This document shows, in pieces, positions 62,801 through 64,000 of a DNA stretch of 64,000 bases (its first letter is position 1; every line of letters starts with the position of its first letter). The notes below the pieces were generated by a model, which searched no databases, had not been told where the DNA came from, and saw only the letters and a program-made list of their open reading frames with translations. The DNA is taken from contig JAFVZF010000119.1 of the NCBI GenBank assembly GCA_017508305.1, positions 34-64,033 of the forward strand. Reading direction: 5' to 3'. Both the position numbers and the translations under genes were made by a program. Source of the stretch: Paludibacteraceae bacterium (GTDB lineage: Bacteria; Bacteroidota; Bacteroidia; Bacteroidales; Paludibacteraceae).

Positions 62801-64000
62801 CACCACCCGACAAACCAACTTTTTCGTCTCCTACATAGTTGGTTCCTGTTGGTACCACTTGCATTACAATGGGTTTAACCAAGGTATATTGGGTTTGCGT
62901 GCCAGAACCTACGGTAATGCTTTGGGTAGTACAGATATTGCTGTAATTTTTTAGGGTTGCCCATGCATCTTCAAAGTTTTTGAAACGGAAGTCGCACTTG
63001 TCGTTTGCTTCTAAACTATTGTCTATGGTTACGTAAATGGTATCGCCAAATACCATGTTACATGGCGAGAAATAGCGGGTTTCTGAAGATACTTGTACTT
63101 TGCTGTCATTAATTATGTATGCACGATAGCCGTACCATTCGCTGGTAAGGTCGTTGTTATTTACCTCACCTGTAAAGTGTTGACCTTTTTCTAATGCGTC
63201 TTCTGTAGTAATTTTTATATCGTTATCGGCATAGGTAGGTGTACATCCGCCCTCTGTTTCGCTACCGCATAGAATAAAACCATACTCGGTAATCTCGGTA
63301 CAATTGGTTTTTTCGAGGTAACCGCTAAGGGTCCAGTTTTTATTGGCTTCTTGTTTAGCGTCTTCTGCTAACAGAACGTCACTTTCTTCTACCACTACCA
63401 CTGTAAAGGTTACAGAACCACTGCAATAAGGCGATTTTAGTGCTTGCTTAGCAGTAATTTCAGCTGTGCCGGCTACGCTTTTTGCCGTTAAAGTAGTACC
63501 ACTTATGCCCACAGAAGTAGTGCCCGACATGATAGAGTAGGTAAAATCTGCATCGGATGTAGAGGTACATACCTTGCTTAAATCAATGCTTTCGCCAAAA
63601 GCCAAGGTTATGGTACTTGGTACGCTATAAACAGGTTCTTCTGTACAATCTATTGGATCTGTCCAAATGTAACCTGTACATGGGTTGTATTTGATATAGA
63701 CATTGCCGATAGATAGATTGGCGTTACTTCCGTCACCACTGTAAGTAATTGTAGTACATTTATCAGATACCTGTACACTCTTCCAAAAGGTATCATCGTA
63801 ATTTTGCTGGTTACTCATTTTAAAATCACCAGCATTAGGAGCCAAGTAGTAATAAAAACCTTTACCATCTGATGTAGGTTCCATTTTGTGCCATGTACCC
63901 CAGTTACCAAAAGGTGCGCCGGTAATATAAAAGTCGCCAGTTTGGTCGCACTCAGAACCGCCTGGGGTTGGGTCGTCGCCACCGCCGCCTTTAGCAGTAG
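59856..64000 (-). CDS. Giant T9SS cargo protein with parallel beta-helix (pectate-lyase-fold-like) repeats and a type A C-terminal sorting domain; 5' end beyond the window
   Basis: The ORF-track Met at 63884 is internal. My translation upstream stays open to position 64000 (...TAKGGGGDDPTPGGSECDQTGDFYITGAPFGNWGTWHKMEPTSDG...). Beta-helix-like NIxF/NN repeats occur (NIKNCLVESYGF..., INCKNIKFVRNNFTG..., LIYNNVFWHEN). The C-terminus GVYTVKVIGDNATKTGKVILK is Por_Secre_tail-like. Confidence 0.8.
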   Translation of the reverse strand, partial: TAKGGGGDDPTPGGSECDQTGDFYITGAPFGNWGTWHKMEPTSDGKGFYYYLAPNAGDFKMSNQQNYDDTFWKSVQVSDKCTTITYSGDGSNANLSIGNVYIKYNPCTGYIWTDPIDCTEEPVYSVPSTITLAFGESIDLSKVCTSTSDADFTYSIMSGTTSVGISGTTLTAKSVAGTAEITAKQALKSPYCSGSVTFTVVVVEESDVLLAEDAKQEANKNWTLSGYLEKTNCTEITEYGFILCGSETEGGCTPTYADNDIKITTEDALEKGQHFTGEVNNNDLTSEWYGYRAYIINDSKVQVSSETRYFSPCNMVFGDTIYVTIDNSLEANDKCDFRFKNFEDAWATLKNYSNICTTQSITVGSGTQTQYTLVKPIVMQVVPTGTNYVGDEKVGLSGGDMREVKAIFFRNINYNGGKPLIVRSIDKSATRATLQHVVIRRSKNITLDYLNLTGSSKDVADADNAMDIDSGEGTGNTEGLGTDWNSVPLGGIVDANINIKNCLVESYGFTCLHVAAYDGITFENNEFKAMYDFVNSTEKDNTANWGASAKFINCKNIKFVRNNFTGQHATSILLQGTQSVLIYNNVFWHENAVQTNVNTVAIIRLSSFGSNNPLQNIGIYYNTMFLKDNSVGAGYYNYFDFFRIGGSQQTGNTGNYDPETIEFDYNNCYSYDTDVYGKNTASGASHYLQTMDESDWCGSFKYNNFWSAYEETQNPKPTRSAFELGTGCGTENTFTNVQNLVCRTSPEEPGSLVIKGNSLNTGAFIKTDASELLTTEMQKIDRLGNPRPYDPNTTEGVGEYTIGAYQQGEGTEVSRIIWHGSTSTEWDNRNNWYKPNGQLVTCVDVLTEDLEVIIPAPNTTKYPVPEGGVAEYPKLPAIADEDDFSTQRTADWYGEEVSAGKGKISTPTKVANGITMEYGAALIGVEELAAEGKTERYTQASTELIVPRSKWILVGPIIRPFDGSGKAGDMLSGHYFIEKQLPHVWMHEAKMSGNNVSWENPFPDLNIEVPANKVFAIQIPDMYGTNLMFPAELYNKYFSTSYDATQPIAYTFNGRFTNEGALPTYTDLTAGQPVLLNNSYPANINIDVMKSKTGGTVQIYDYDDKSFRLAEATELIIAQHGFVYTPGKDGDLTIPAEAFEVSNTEHRSIAEYMPEVSITVSNQAAEASSTVNLSIDWLKDDVINYDTDAPKVFNAQETKLPDLYIMRYNKKWAGVRVPTYDEPIPLGIRVSEADQTFVFSLDSEADMATVMLEDRLEGKTYNLLAGETCTVTGLKVGDCEGRFFLNVGAKEQVEDEVVTDIEDSISDKNINILSKGQRIIVSCNNEVELQTIIVNDMSGRSSVYNVSGQYVELNLPVTQGVYTVKVIGDNATKTGKVILK

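Overview
This is a chromosomal segment of a Bacteroidota genome that looks Bacteroidales-like: it has T9SS components, Bacteroides-type tra genes and TAnnTTTG-type promoter boxes. Most of the window is housekeeping: a porX fragment, rsmA, recQ, clpX-clpP, dut, ferritin, nadB, mutS, polA, class I fumarate hydratase, tsf-rpsB, rplM-rpsI, ispG, an MBOAT gene and murF. Five things interrupt that backbone. (1) A tightly packed Bacteroides-type conjugative T4SS operon (traE-F-G-I-J-K-M-N, 9.05-16.6 kb) sits between housekeeping blocks. No relaxase, coupling protein, primase, integrase or att-like border is visible. (2) There are two T9SS cargo loci: a 1385-aa type-B-CTD adhesin with its PorP/SprF partner, and a >1380-aa type-A-CTD beta-helix protein running off the right edge. 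(3) A four-gene steroid-type redox cluster (33.5-38.2 kb) encodes a 3beta-HSD/epimerase-like enzyme, an SDR, an Old-Yellow-Enzyme flavoreductase and a 3-oxo-5alpha-steroid 4-dehydrogenase. (4) A visibly AT-rich accessory islet (about 55.8-59.8 kb) carries a DUF234-type ATPase cassette bracketed by 87-bp direct repeats, a Panacea (DUF4065) plus small membrane protein pair, a BspA-type LRR protein and a Cys-rich protein with a C-terminal anchor. (5) A pervasive three-part repeat system is present. It consists of 8-bp-periodic word arrays, an ~80-bp core with a structurally conserved but sequence-variable hairpin, and a stem-loop with a conserved 13-nt loop whose arms show compensatory changes. 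These repeats fill most of the longer intergenic spacers. They are also read through in frame inside murF (two sites), in the polA linker and at the 3' end of another gene. A stand-alone GIY-YIG nuclease gene sits in the densest repeat nest. I rate (5) and (1) as the most novel. One cation/proton antiporter gene is broken by a 1-nt homopolymer frameshift. I could not support any rRNA, tRNA or CRISPR array.
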